Assembly: GCA_001600695.1 (NCBI GenBank)
Contig: BCKQ01000001.1
Coordinates: 119,325-183,324 of the forward strand
Length of the DNA: 64,000 nt
From: Ascoidea asiatica JCM 7603
Taxonomy: Eukaryota > Fungi > Ascomycota
Direction of reading: 5' to 3'
In this document: positions 1 to 11,200 of the stretch, piece by piece
Numbering within the stretch: position 1 is the stretch's first letter
Layout of the letters: each line of letters opens with the position of its first letter
Program-made: the position numbers and the translations under genes
The notes under the pieces: generated by a model
Databases searched by the model: none
What the model saw: only the letters and a program-made list of their open reading frames with translations
Told to the model about the DNA's origin: nothing

Positions 1-1816
1 GATCTTTGATGGCTATTTATTATAGTATTACCAATTGGAATATACATGCTGTATATTTATATATCAAATATAAATAAAGTAAACATATTCCAAAAACACA
101 GTGGCAATATATACTGTATATAGAGTAATATTGTATATATAGGGTATACAGTATATCGTCTCCAGAACCGCAAACCTGGCGACGAGGTGTAATTTACTTA
201 TATGTTTTTAGCACAGACTATTTTAGTAACTTAATATATAATTATTTAAATTCTGAAGTTGTAATTACTTTATCAACAAAAAACTGGAAAACAAAAGATG
301 CTAAAATTAAATCTGCTGGTCCTATCATTTATTTAAAAAGAAAAAATCAAAAATCAAAAATCAAAGATATTACATCCAATTTTGAATTTTCAATATTTCC
401 AATTCTTCTATTTTATACTTTATTTGATTATTATCATTGAAAGTGACTTCTTAGGATTAGAAAAAATAATTATTATCATCACAAATATTATAGGGTATTT
501 ATTTCCTCATAGTGTTAAAAGAGAAACTTTAAAAGAGATAAAAAAAAGCTTTAGGAAATGCTATGATTGAGAAACTTAAAACTGATTTTTTTTATTATTT
601 GCGAAAAGATGAGATAATTAAATTGATACTGATTTTTAATCCTTCTACTCCATTTTCTTTCTCACTATATTCTCTTTCCCAGAGCCAAACACTTAAATTG
701 ACCTTAAGTTGATTGTAATGTAATCAAATTTAGATAGTTTTATGTGGTTTTAGCTTATTGTATTATAGGTTCTTGTTCATAGCACTGAATAAATTATTGA
801 ATTAAAGTATCACAGATATCTGAATATTTAGTATTTACGCTAATCAACAATACTCAATTGTAGTCACTAATTTTGTAATTATTCATCTATCTAATTGACC
901 AACAAGGTGAAATCTTTTTGAGCCTGGAATTAGTCTTAGTTTTAACTTATTCAAAGGTCATAATAGTGGAACTTTTAGTACTTAATATAAATGTTCCCAT
1001 CAGGTTACATGGTTTTAAAGGTGTAATTTTAAAGGTGTAATTTTAAAAAAATTAATAATTCATCTGAAGTCGACGATTGGTGGTTACGTGGTTGTTGAAG
1101 AGTAATACTAAGTGAAGTCACATCATCTCTATTTGAAGATACAACATTGAGATCTTTGCACAATACTATATGATTGTAATAATGAAGTTGATTTAGTTTG
1201 AATTGATTAATTATTTGAAAGATTAGTAAGAACTAATGATCTTTTTGAAGCTTTGAATAAAATGCATAACAGTAGACATTATTGGATTTGAATCCTTTTA
1301 AAGAAAAGAGTAATAAATAAAAGTGCCGGTCAAATTACTGTTTAAACATTTTGGGATTCATTTGTTTGAGGTGGGCCTCTTTTATTGTTTAAAGGCCCAC
1401 AATTATTTATGGGAAAATGGATTTTGGAGAGGATATATTCCATGGTACGGATAAATAGCTAAATGTCAATATAATTTTTGTTTAAAAGTTGCTACGCCTT
1501 ATGGTTCCTAATAAAGTAAGTATGCGCCGTTATAAGGCTGAAAATATCTGCAAACATCTCAATGTTGTATCTTCAAATAGAGATGATGTGACTTCACTTA
1601 GTATCACTCCTTGACTAGCTACTTGTTAAAAACAATTGAGAAAAGATATTTAGTAAGGATGCCGACACGTGACTTGATATTAGATATTCAATTTTTCAAA
1701 TTATTACCAGCTTTGAGGGTGTTGCAGTTACTTACCATCATTTATTCAATATATACAGTATATAAAGTATATACAATATACGATTTTATAAAAAATATGT
1801 TTATAATTTTTATAAT

Positions 1817-2650
1817 TTAAAGTAAAAATAATGAAAAAATTAAACAAAAAAATGATAAAATAACTTTTTCAATATTAAAATTAGAATTTATTTTTTTTAA
1901 ATTTTTATTTTTAATTTCAATTGATGAAATAAATTCAGAAATTTCTTCAAAATTATTTGTAAAAGTTGTAGTAATAGTACTTGTCCATGGTCCATTTCCA
2001 GAAATTCTACTTTCATAAGTATCAAAAACATTAATTATACTTGAATAAATTAAATTATGTTTATATTTTGTACTTGTCCATTGAGTAAAATTATTTATTG
2101 TTGAAATAAAATTTTTAGATTTATTTTATATACTTATATATGAAGTAATATATTTAAAATCTAAAAAAATTTTAAATTCTGAAAAATAATTATAAATTTT
2201 TGTATAATTATCATTTTCTAGTCTTAAACCAAAAATATTTAAAAATGAATTAAAAATAATTTCTGGAAAATAAGTCATTGAACCTTGAGGTGAAAATGTT
2301 AAAGGATATTTTTGATTTGTAAGAATAAAATTTGTATAAGAATTATTAATTTTAATATTTTCAATCTCAATTCCAGTTTCATTATTAAATCTTAAAGATA
2401 AAGAATTTAAAATTATTGCAACTGAAGATATATTTGAATAAATATTTTGATCATTTTTATTAATCATTTTAATTTTTGTTAAAATTTCATTATTTTTAAA
2501 ATTTCTTGGATTATAACCACCAAAAATTAATGAACCATTAAAATTATAACTGTCAAAAGAATTAAATCTTGCATTTTCAGACATTATTCTTCTATTTATA
2601 TAACCTGAATTTAAATTTTTAATTAAATTAAAGTTTTTTAATACTATCAT
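1817..2650 (-). pseudogene. Degenerate yapsin/aspartic-protease-like, GPI-type gene fragment with an in-frame TAA at 2126-2128
   Basis: The 174-aa ORF has GSLIFGG (compare GSILFGG in yapsins) and a decayed second active-site segment (FSPQGSMTYFP versus LDSGTTLTYLP, no catalytic Asp). The same frame stays open past the stop for 102 more codons to TAA at 1817, with a Thr/Ser-rich stretch and a hydrophobic end (VILSFFCLIFSLFLL). Confidence 0.5.
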
Positions 2651-3182
2651 TTTTTTATTATTACTTTTTTTTTACTTTTACTTTTGGATTGAAGAAAAGC
2701 ATTCTGAAAATAAAATAAAATCAGGATATTAAATATTTTTCAAGAAGTTATTTGAATATAAACACAATTATGGTAATATGCAAAAAAAAAACCCAGGAAA
2801 AAGGAATATTGTAATAATATTAAATATTAAGGATTTCAACCAAAGTTTCCAACCAAGTAAGTCACTCTTGAATATTGAAAATATGATAGGAAACAAGAAC
2901 CATAGTCTAATGTAATTGTAACAGTCAATTGATTATAAACTACTTTCCTTCTGAACAGAATAAAAGATTGTTTCTCATTGAAATATAAAGCAGTTTTTTA
3001 ACTTCTTTTAAAGTAAAAATATCAGCAGAGCTTGGACCTTTCTGAATTTATCCCTTGGGCTGAGCAGGACACTCCCCGGTGCATTCTGGGACAGCCCGCC
3101 CGGTCCTGTTTCCATTGTCTTTTTCTCTTCACTGTTGCAAGAAGTTGCATCACAACTTTTTCCGTTACAGAAACAAGAAAAA

Positions 3183-3254
3183 TCCGTGATAGTTTAGTGG
3201 CTAGAATTACCGCTTGTCGCGTGGTAGACCGGGGTTCAATTCCCCGTCGCGGAG
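3183..3254 (+). tRNA. tRNA-Asp (GTC)
   Basis: TCCGTGATAGTTTAGTGGCTAGAATTACCGCTTGTCGCGTGGTAGACCGGGGTTCAATTCCCCGTCGCGGAG: cloverleaf, GTC anticodon, A and B boxes, T-run terminator just downstream. Very close to yeast tRNA-Asp. Confidence 0.97.
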
Positions 3255-3328
3255 CTCTTTTTTTTGTTAGGACTTTGTTGATGATATAAACTCGATTGGT
3301 CTGAAAACATAAACATTGCCGTTGTTTG

Positions 3329-3402
3329 GCGTAAGTGGTTTAGTGGTAAAATTCGACGTAAAATAGTCACGTGGTCTTCCAGGGTTCTATTCCAGCTTCC
3401 GG
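3329..3402 (+). pseudogene. tRNA-Gly(GCC)-derived pseudogene
   Basis: The 5' part GCGTAAGTGGTTTAGTGGTAAAATTCGACGT closely matches the yeast tRNA-Gly 5' half (GCGCAAGTGGTTTAGTGGTAAAATCCAACGT). A B-box-like GGTTCTATTCC lies at 3383-3393. The anticodon loop and 3' acceptor strand are degenerate. Confidence 0.65.
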
Positions 3403-3786
3403 TTCTGATTGGTGGACTGGAAGTGAACACCTCTGGCCAATGAGCAGAGCCGAGTCACGTTTCTCTGCCAATCGGCCTTCTCGAGCTTTGTTCCCAGAAA
3501 TAACCAGACAAATGAGAATGAAAGAAAGATTAAGATAATAAGAGAGATAATAAGAAAGAGAGAAAGAGGGAGAGAAAGAGAGAGAGATAATAAGAGAGAG
3601 AGAGATAAAGATAAAGAGATAAAGAGAGAAAGAGATAAAGAACAATGCAGAAAACAGTGACAATAAAAGAGGCAGATGGAAGAATAAAGGAATATTCCAA
3701 GTAATAATCTGTTGAATACTCCCTTAAATATCCCAATTCGATACTTTAAGTTGAAAGATTCCTCTCAAGAGTGTGTAATCTGATAA

Positions 3787-3837
3787 CAATATCAATATCA
3801 ATATCAATATCAATATCAATATCAATATCAATATCAA
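3787..3837. repeat. (CAATAT)n microsatellite
   Basis: About 8 perfect hexamer units upstream of the MFS gene. Confidence 0.9.
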
Positions 3838-4063
3838 AGCTTGAAACTAAATCACCTTTATCTTATTGAATTAACTTATTCAACTACAATTATGACTCTC
3901 AACTTTTCAAAAATTACAAATATATTAAATTATTTATAATTTAAATAAAATACTTATTTACTATTCACACTTCTTATTTTTCAATTTTCATTTCTTTATT
4001 AATTATAATTCTCATATTATTTATTTAAATATTTTTGAATATCTTTTTTATAAATTATAGATA

Positions 4064-5827
4064 ATGAATAATAAATCAAAACCAATTTTAGTTCAAGAAG
4101 TTAATGAATCTTCTTCTTTATTATCTTCTTCTTCTGGTTATATTAGAGAAAATGAAATTCAACAACATATTTCAAATGATTTAGAAAATAACACCACCAA
4201 TGATAATACAAATGACAATAATGATATTGAAGAAATGAAATTATCTCCTTTAAAATTATATGGAATTGTATTCTCTTTATGTATTGGTGCTTTTTTATCT
4301 GCTTTAGATTCAACTTTAGTTACAACTTTATTAACTACAATTTCTTCTGATTTAAATTCTTTATCAAAATTAAGTTGGATTGGTACTTCATATTTATTAT
4401 CTTGTTCAATAATACAACCATTATCTGGTAAAATTAGTGATATTTTTGGTAGAAAATTATGTTTATTAATTTCTTATTTTTTTTTCATCTTTGGTTGTTT
4501 AATTTCTGGTTTATCTAAAAATATTTTAATTTTAATAATTGGTAGATTAATAACTGGTATTGGTGGTGGTGGTTTATGTACTTTAGGTACAATAACTTTA
4601 TCTGATATTATACCTTTAAGAAAAAGAGGTATAATGCAAGGTATTGCAAATATTGGTTTTGCTTTAGGTGCTGCAACTGGTGGTTTAATTGGTGGTTTAT
4701 TTGCTGATTCAAATTTAGGTTGGAGATGGGCTTTTTTTTTTCAAATTCCAATTTCAATTTTTGCAACTTTAGAATTATATTTTTTCTTAAATTTACCAAA
4801 AAATTCAATTGGTTATGGTATTCAAAATAATTCTTTTTTACAAAATTTTAAAAAAATTGATTTTTTTGGTTCTTTATTATTATCAATTGCTTTATCTTGT
4901 TTTTTAATTTCTTCTTCTTCTTATTCTTCTTCATCCTCTCTTACTTCATTAGAAATCAGTACTAATTTATTATTATTTATTATATCAATTTCATTTTTCA
5001 TTTTTTTTTATATCTGGGAAAATTCATATGCTATTGAACCTATAACTCCAGTTAAATTATTAAAAAATAAAACTGTTTTATCTTCAAGTTTATGTAATTG
5101 GTTTATGTCAATGTCTGTTTTTACTTATTTATTTTTTTTACCAATTTTTTGGAATTCTGTTAAAAATTTATCTTCAACTGATTGTGGTTTAAGAATGATT
5201 TCAAATTTTATTGGTGTTGGTTTTGGTTCAATTGGTTCTGGAATTTATATGAAAAAAACTGGAAAATATTATAAATTTATAATAATTATTGGAATTTTTT
5301 CAATTCTTGGTCAATTACAAATTTATTTCTCAAATATTAATAATTCTAAAATTCATGATTTATTTTTACTTTTTTTACCTGGTTTAACATATTCTGCAAT
5401 ATTAACTATAACTTTAACTGCTTTAATTGCTTCTGTTAATCAAAATCAACAAGCTATGACTACAAGTATTCAATATGCTTTTAGATCTACAGGTTCAACT
5501 TTAGGTGTTTCAATTTCTTCTTCAATTTTTCAATTAAATTTAAAAAAAAATATTTTAAATTCAATTCATTTCTTAAAAAAAAATAATAAAATTCCAATTG
5601 AATTTAATAATAAAATTTCTTTAAATAAAATTATTCAAAATTCTTTAAATAATGCTAATTATATGCATGAATCTGCTCCTGATTTTATTAAAAATTATTT
5701 AATTCAAAGTTATAATAAATCAACTCATTTAGCTTTATTATTTGCTTTAATAACTTGTATTATTGCATTTATTTGTACAATTTTTATGAAAGAATATAAA
5801 TTACATTCAAATTTATCAAGAAAATAA
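4064..5827 (+). CDS. MFS transporter, DHA2/VBA (vacuolar basic amino-acid transporter-like) family
   Basis: FLSALDSTLV, WIGTSYLLS, GKISDIFGRK (MFS motif A), GRLITGIGGGG and GWRWAFFFQIP motifs; about 14 hydrophobic segments. Confidence 0.9.
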   Translation: MNNKSKPILVQEVNESSSLLSSSSGYIRENEIQQHISNDLENNTTNDNTNDNNDIEEMKLSPLKLYGIVFSLCIGAFLSALDSTLVTTLLTTISSDLNSLSKLSWIGTSYLLSCSIIQPLSGKISDIFGRKLCLLISYFFFIFGCLISGLSKNILILIIGRLITGIGGGGLCTLGTITLSDIIPLRKRGIMQGIANIGFALGAATGGLIGGLFADSNLGWRWAFFFQIPISIFATLELYFFLNLPKNSIGYGIQNNSFLQNFKKIDFFGSLLLSIALSCFLISSSSYSSSSSLTSLEISTNLLLFIISISFFIFFYIWENSYAIEPITPVKLLKNKTVLSSSLCNWFMSMSVFTYLFFLPIFWNSVKNLSSTDCGLRMISNFIGVGFGSIGSGIYMKKTGKYYKFIIIIGIFSILGQLQIYFSNINNSKIHDLFLLFLPGLTYSAILTITLTALIASVNQNQQAMTTSIQYAFRSTGSTLGVSISSSIFQLNLKKNILNSIHFLKKNNKIPIEFNNKISLNKIIQNSLNNANYMHESAPDFIKNYLIQSYNKSTHLALLFALITCIIAFICTIFMKEYKLHSNLSRK

Positions 5828-6044
5828 TAACTTCAAATTACTTATTCATTCATCTTATAGAGTATATAGTTTTTTAAATAAAATACTTATTATATTTATT
5901 TTAACCTAATTTATTTCCGTTATTTGTATTAATTTTTATTTTTTCCATTGAAAAATGCAATAAAAAGAAGAATGAATGAATAAATGAATGATAACTAGAA
6001 ATGATTCAAGAAATATAGATAATGTAATATATAATATAAACCAT

Positions 6045-6076
<32 letters not shown>

Positions 6077-6105
6077 AGATCTATTCATGTTATATAGAGT
6101 TAATA

Positions 6106-7839
6106 ATGCAATATAATTCTAGAAAACCATTGATGAATGTTTCTATTTTCCAGTATAAAAATATCAAGATAATTATAACATGTTTAATAGTTTTATTTAT
6201 AATTCTATTGAATCTCAATAATGAATCATTTAAATATAATGAGAATAATACAAATTTAAGTAATAATGATAAAAGATTTTATAGAAAAGAATTTAATTCA
6301 AATGAAGAAATAAGTTTGATAAATAAACAAAAATTTCAAACAATTTTAAAAAATTCCAAATCTAATTCTAATCAAATTCAATTTTTCAAGAAATTTTATC
6401 AAGAATTATTTGAAATCATAATTAAAAGTAAACCAAATATTTCAATCAAATCATTAAAAGATAATTATCCAAAATGTAAAACTATTAATCATAGTAGTCA
6501 AGAAATTCTAAGTGAAGAATTTTTAAATGGATTTTTAAAATTAAATAAAGAAGATATTAAAGAACTTAAATTAAAACAAAGTATGTTTAAAAAAGAAATG
6601 AAATCATTAATCAAGACATATAAAAAAAAATATTTTTCAAAAGAAATGAATATAAATACAGATGATGATAAAGAAGAAATTGAAGAAGGAATAGTTTTTA
6701 TAGGTGGTAAAACATATACATGGTTAAGTTTAGTTTCAGTAAAACAAATTAGAAAATTAGGAAGTAAATTACCAATAGAAGTAATTATACCAAATTTAAA
6801 TGATTATGATATGGATTTATGTTTAAATATCTTACCAATTTATAATGCAAATTGTAAATTTTTACCAGAAATTATATCTGAAAATTTATTTAAAGAATTA
6901 GGTATAAATGGATATCAATATAAAATTTTAGGAATTTTAATTTCAAGTTTTAAAAAAATTATTTATTTGGATAGTGATAATATACCAATTAAAAATTTAG
7001 ATTTTTTATTAAAATTTGATAAATTTGAAGAAACTGGTTTAATCACTTGGCCAGATTTTTGGAAAAGAAGTACATCTCCAATTTTTTATGAAATTTCAGA
7101 TTTAAAAATTGGTAAAAGAATTAGAAAAAGTAAAAGTTATAATGGATTTTATATTAATGATAATTTTAATGTTGACAATCTTATCAATGATAATAATTAT
7201 ATCAAAAGACAAATACCTTTACATGATAGAAGTAATACAATTCCAGATTTAACTAGTGAAAGTGGACAAATGATAATTGATAAATTTAAACAATTTGATA
7301 CTTTATTATTAACATTATATTTAAATATTTATGGACCAAATATTTATTATGATTTATTATCACAAGGAACTTTAGGACAAGGAGATAAAGAAACATTTAT
7401 TGGATCAGCAGTAATCTTAAATAAAAAATTTTATCAAGTTCCAAAAATTGTTGAAACTATGGGACATCAAAATTTAAAAGATTTTCAAATAACTTCAATG
7501 GTTCAATTTAATCCAATTAATTTTGATGAAATTTTATTTATTCATGCAAATACTCCAAAATTAATTCCATCAAATTTATTCAAATTTGATCAATTGAAAG
7601 ATAATAAAAATGAAAAAAGATTAAGACATTTTGGTGGAGAATTTATTGGTAATAAAATTAGAGAAATTGATTTTGAATTAGATATATTCAATGAAATGAA
7701 ATTTTATATTTGTGATTTAAAGAATCCTAAGATAAATGTTAACTTGATTGAATCTTTCAATAGATATGGATTAATGAAGCTATGTGAGGATATCAAAGGA
7801 CATATCAGTTTTCTTGAGAAAACTAGTTTCCTCAGCTGA
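6106..7839 (+). CDS. Alpha-1,2-mannosyltransferase, MNN2/MNN5 family (GT71)
   Basis: Type II N-terminal transmembrane segment; GIVFIGG, LPIEVIIP, YLDSDN (DxD), WPDFW, ESGQ and GQGDKETF motifs. Confidence 0.9.
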   Translation: MQYNSRKPLMNVSIFQYKNIKIIITCLIVLFIILLNLNNESFKYNENNTNLSNNDKRFYRKEFNSNEEISLINKQKFQTILKNSKSNSNQIQFFKKFYQELFEIIIKSKPNISIKSLKDNYPKCKTINHSSQEILSEEFLNGFLKLNKEDIKELKLKQSMFKKEMKSLIKTYKKKYFSKEMNINTDDDKEEIEEGIVFIGGKTYTWLSLVSVKQIRKLGSKLPIEVIIPNLNDYDMDLCLNILPIYNANCKFLPEIISENLFKELGINGYQYKILGILISSFKKIIYLDSDNIPIKNLDFLLKFDKFEETGLITWPDFWKRSTSPIFYEISDLKIGKRIRKSKSYNGFYINDNFNVDNLINDNNYIKRQIPLHDRSNTIPDLTSESGQMIIDKFKQFDTLLLTLYLNIYGPNIYYDLLSQGTLGQGDKETFIGSAVILNKKFYQVPKIVETMGHQNLKDFQITSMVQFNPINFDEILFIHANTPKLIPSNLFKFDQLKDNKNEKRLRHFGGEFIGNKIREIDFELDIFNEMKFYICDLKNPKINVNLIESFNRYGLMKLCEDIKGHISFLEKTSFLS

Positions 7840-8258
7840 ATATACATTCTTATTCTCATTCTTGTTCTTATTTTAACTCTCATTCTCATTCTAATTCTGT
7901 ATAAATTGTTATCGCACGTATTCTGTTTACAGAGAAATAGATAAAAAGAAGCTTTAAATAGTTTTTATACCAGTTTGGGAGGAGACCCGGGAAAGTGGTC
8001 TCCGCCACGCTCACGCAACTAAAAAAAGACAGTTTCCTCAGTGCGTGTAAAACGAGTAAAAAGCTCGCGTATTTTTATTTACAACTTGTCATGATTGCAT
8101 TATCCAAAGTCAGCAACATCTCTGAATAAATAAATATCAATAAATATCAATAAATATCAATAAATAAATCATATTCAATTGATTACATTTACAAATTAAA
8201 TTGTTCAAGACTTATTAATGTCCTTTATTGACATACTGGAAGAGAACTAATTAAAATC

Positions 8259-11200
8259 ATGTCTGCCTCTGTTAAATCTCAATCAGATTCTTCATTGGTG
8301 AGCTTGAGCAAACAAAATGACAATTTAGTAACTGTTAATTCTAGTGAAGATAAGTTAGTTGATATTGATGATCAATTAATAAATGAGAATATAATCGATA
8401 AGATGCCAATAGATAAGGCTCCAATAGATAATGTTCCAATAGATAATCCCATAATAGGTGAAACTCTATCTGATTATATTTCTATGGATAATAATTTGGA
8501 AAAAGTTAATTCGATAAATAATCAATTAACTGAAGATAAATCAAATGATAGTGAAATATATGATGATAAGTCAGTTGTTGAAATAAATTCAACTCCAGAT
8601 ATTCCAATAAATGATAAAAAAAATATAAGCAGTGATGTAATTATTATTGATTCAAGCAATGATAACGTTGATTTGATTGATATGAAGTCAGATCATGATA
8701 GCAATGAATCAAATCTTGTCGAATCAGCCAAGACTGAATCAATCAATAAGAAATTGATAGATATTCATTTAATCGATAATCAATCATTTGATAATGAAAC
8801 ATTCGATAATCAATTAGTGGAAAATAAATCAATGGACGGTAAATCAGAAGATGATAAATCAATCAATAATAAATTACTTGAGGATAATTCAATTGATAAA
8901 AACTCAATAGATAATAAATCAATTGAAAACATCTCAATGGATAATAACTCAATGGATAATGAACAAATTAATAACATTTTTCAAACTGATAATAATTCAA
9001 TAGATGATCTATTTGGTAAAAATGATTCATTTGATGATGATATATTTGGTAAAACCAATTCACTCAATGATGATATATTTGGTCAAATTAATAATTCAAT
9101 TCCTACTACTATTCCATCTGATACTAATCCTTTGATTAATAATTCTTCAAATTTATCTAACAATTTATCCAATAATTTATCCAATAATTTCTCTAATGAT
9201 TTCTCTAAAAATAATGGAAATGATAATAATAGTAATCCATTTAATGATAATGATAATAATCCATTCAATAATAATGAAGATGAAAATGATTATAATCCAT
9301 TTAATAATGATTCAATAAACAATGATTTAAATTTTCAAAATTTATTAGATAATGAATCAATTAATACTAAATCATCTGATAATGATTCAATAGATATGAA
9401 AGTAACTGATAATAATTCTGATCTAATAACATCTCCAATATCTTTAAACTTAACTAATAATATTGATAATGATATAAATAATAATAATGACAATAATAAT
9501 AAAAATAAAAATATCTCTGAAAATAAAAAAATGGATCTAACTTTATCTTTGGCGTTCTTAGAAAATCTCGATGAAGAAGAAGAAGAAGACGATGAAGAAG
9601 ATGATGATGATGGCAACGATCAAGAAAATAAAGGTGCTATTGAACAACCTCAAAAAAGTACGGACCTTTCTAAATCTTTAGCTTTCTTAGATGATATTGA
9701 TGATGAAAGTGAAGATGAAGAACCATCTGAAGTTCTTCAAATTGATAAAAGTCAATTAAATCAGAATCAAAATTTACAACAAAAATATTCTCCGAATTAT
9801 AATCAAATTAATAATCAAACTTCACCTATATTACCAGTTAAACCTCAATTTAACATTCAAAAAAATATTCAAAATAATATTCAAAATAATAATTTCAATG
9901 ATAATACTAATGGATATGACTTTTTAAATAAAAAGAAAAGTTTTAATACTTTGAATAGATCTCGTTCTAGTACTTTAAATAAACTGCCACCAACAGTTTC
10001 AAAAAAAAAATCTTTTTTTGAAGAATTACCAATATTAATACCAGAAAAAGCTTTTAGAAAACCAAAATCTCATTCACGTTTACCAATTATGAATCAATCT
10101 CATCCTCCAAATATGAACTCACATATGAATTTACCACCTCAAATGAACCCATCACAAATGAATCCACCACAGATGAACTCTTTACCAATGAATCCTCAAA
10201 TGAATCCTCAAATGAATCAACTACCAATCAGTCAGCAATTTCCAACCTTACCTTCGAAATATAATCCTCCGGTTCCAAACTCAACATCTCAAGTGCCTTT
10301 GAATTATAATGGCTCTCAATTTCCTCCTTTACAGCAAAATTTTAATTCTCAAAATTTCAATCTTGCTTCTCAAATGCCAATGAATACAAATACGCAAATT
10401 CTTTCTGCTCAAATGAGTATTCCTAATTTATATCAACCACCACCAACAACTTTAAATTCTCAACAATTTTCTCAAACTCCAGTTATAAGCCAATATAATC
10501 CAGTATCCCAAATTAATCATCCACAGTTCTCATCAAATGTCAATTCATCCTCCGTTAACCCTCCTCAAAATACAAAAAGAAGTAAATATAAACCCCCTGA
10601 ACCTTCTTTAGATCCTAATGGTTCCATAAATCAATACTCTTCTTTGGTTCAAAACGCTCCACCTAAGGTTCTTCCTTTCAATTCCAATGGTCCAATTCCA
10701 CAAGCTATCCCTCAAGGAACTAGTATATCACCACAATTAGGATTTGGTTTCAATCCCCCAGTATCTCAACCTATTTCTCAAGGTAACACTATATTACCTC
10801 AATTAGGGTTTGGTTTGAATGGCTCATTAAAAACTACCGAAAAATACTCCAGTAAAAAAATAGCAAATTTACATTTAAATGTCCAGGATCCTTCCTTATT
10901 CAAGGGAAAAAACAACTCACCATATACACCTGTAACACCTTATATGAGTGATAAACCTCCTGTTCGACGAAAAAGTAACAGGGAATCTATTTTGGCATCT
11001 CCAGATTCGTATTCTCTTCATCTAACATATCAGATTCCAATTTTTAAATGGAATTCCAATAAAATTCTTCATGTTATACCAACAAATGACCATTTTATTC
11101 AAAATAAAATTGAACTCAAAACAATTCAATCTATTTTTAAAAGTGATCCTTTAATTGAGTCATTTCCTATAATAAATTTCACTCAAAATTTAACTAAGAC

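Noticed and set aside
1050-1330. Broken coding-like stretch with an H-x3-H pattern (possible retroelement integrase relic)
   Set aside because: Multiple stops and no second supporting motif; too weak to call.
1371-1400. Small inverted repeat GTGGGCCT...AGGCCCAC
   Set aside because: Only an 8-bp stem with no context; bacterial-type terminators are irrelevant in this yeast.
3032-3736. Short ORFs overlapping the tRNA and the AG-rich tract
   Set aside because: They overlap tRNA-Asp or translate low-complexity (AG)n DNA, and several start at non-ATG codons.
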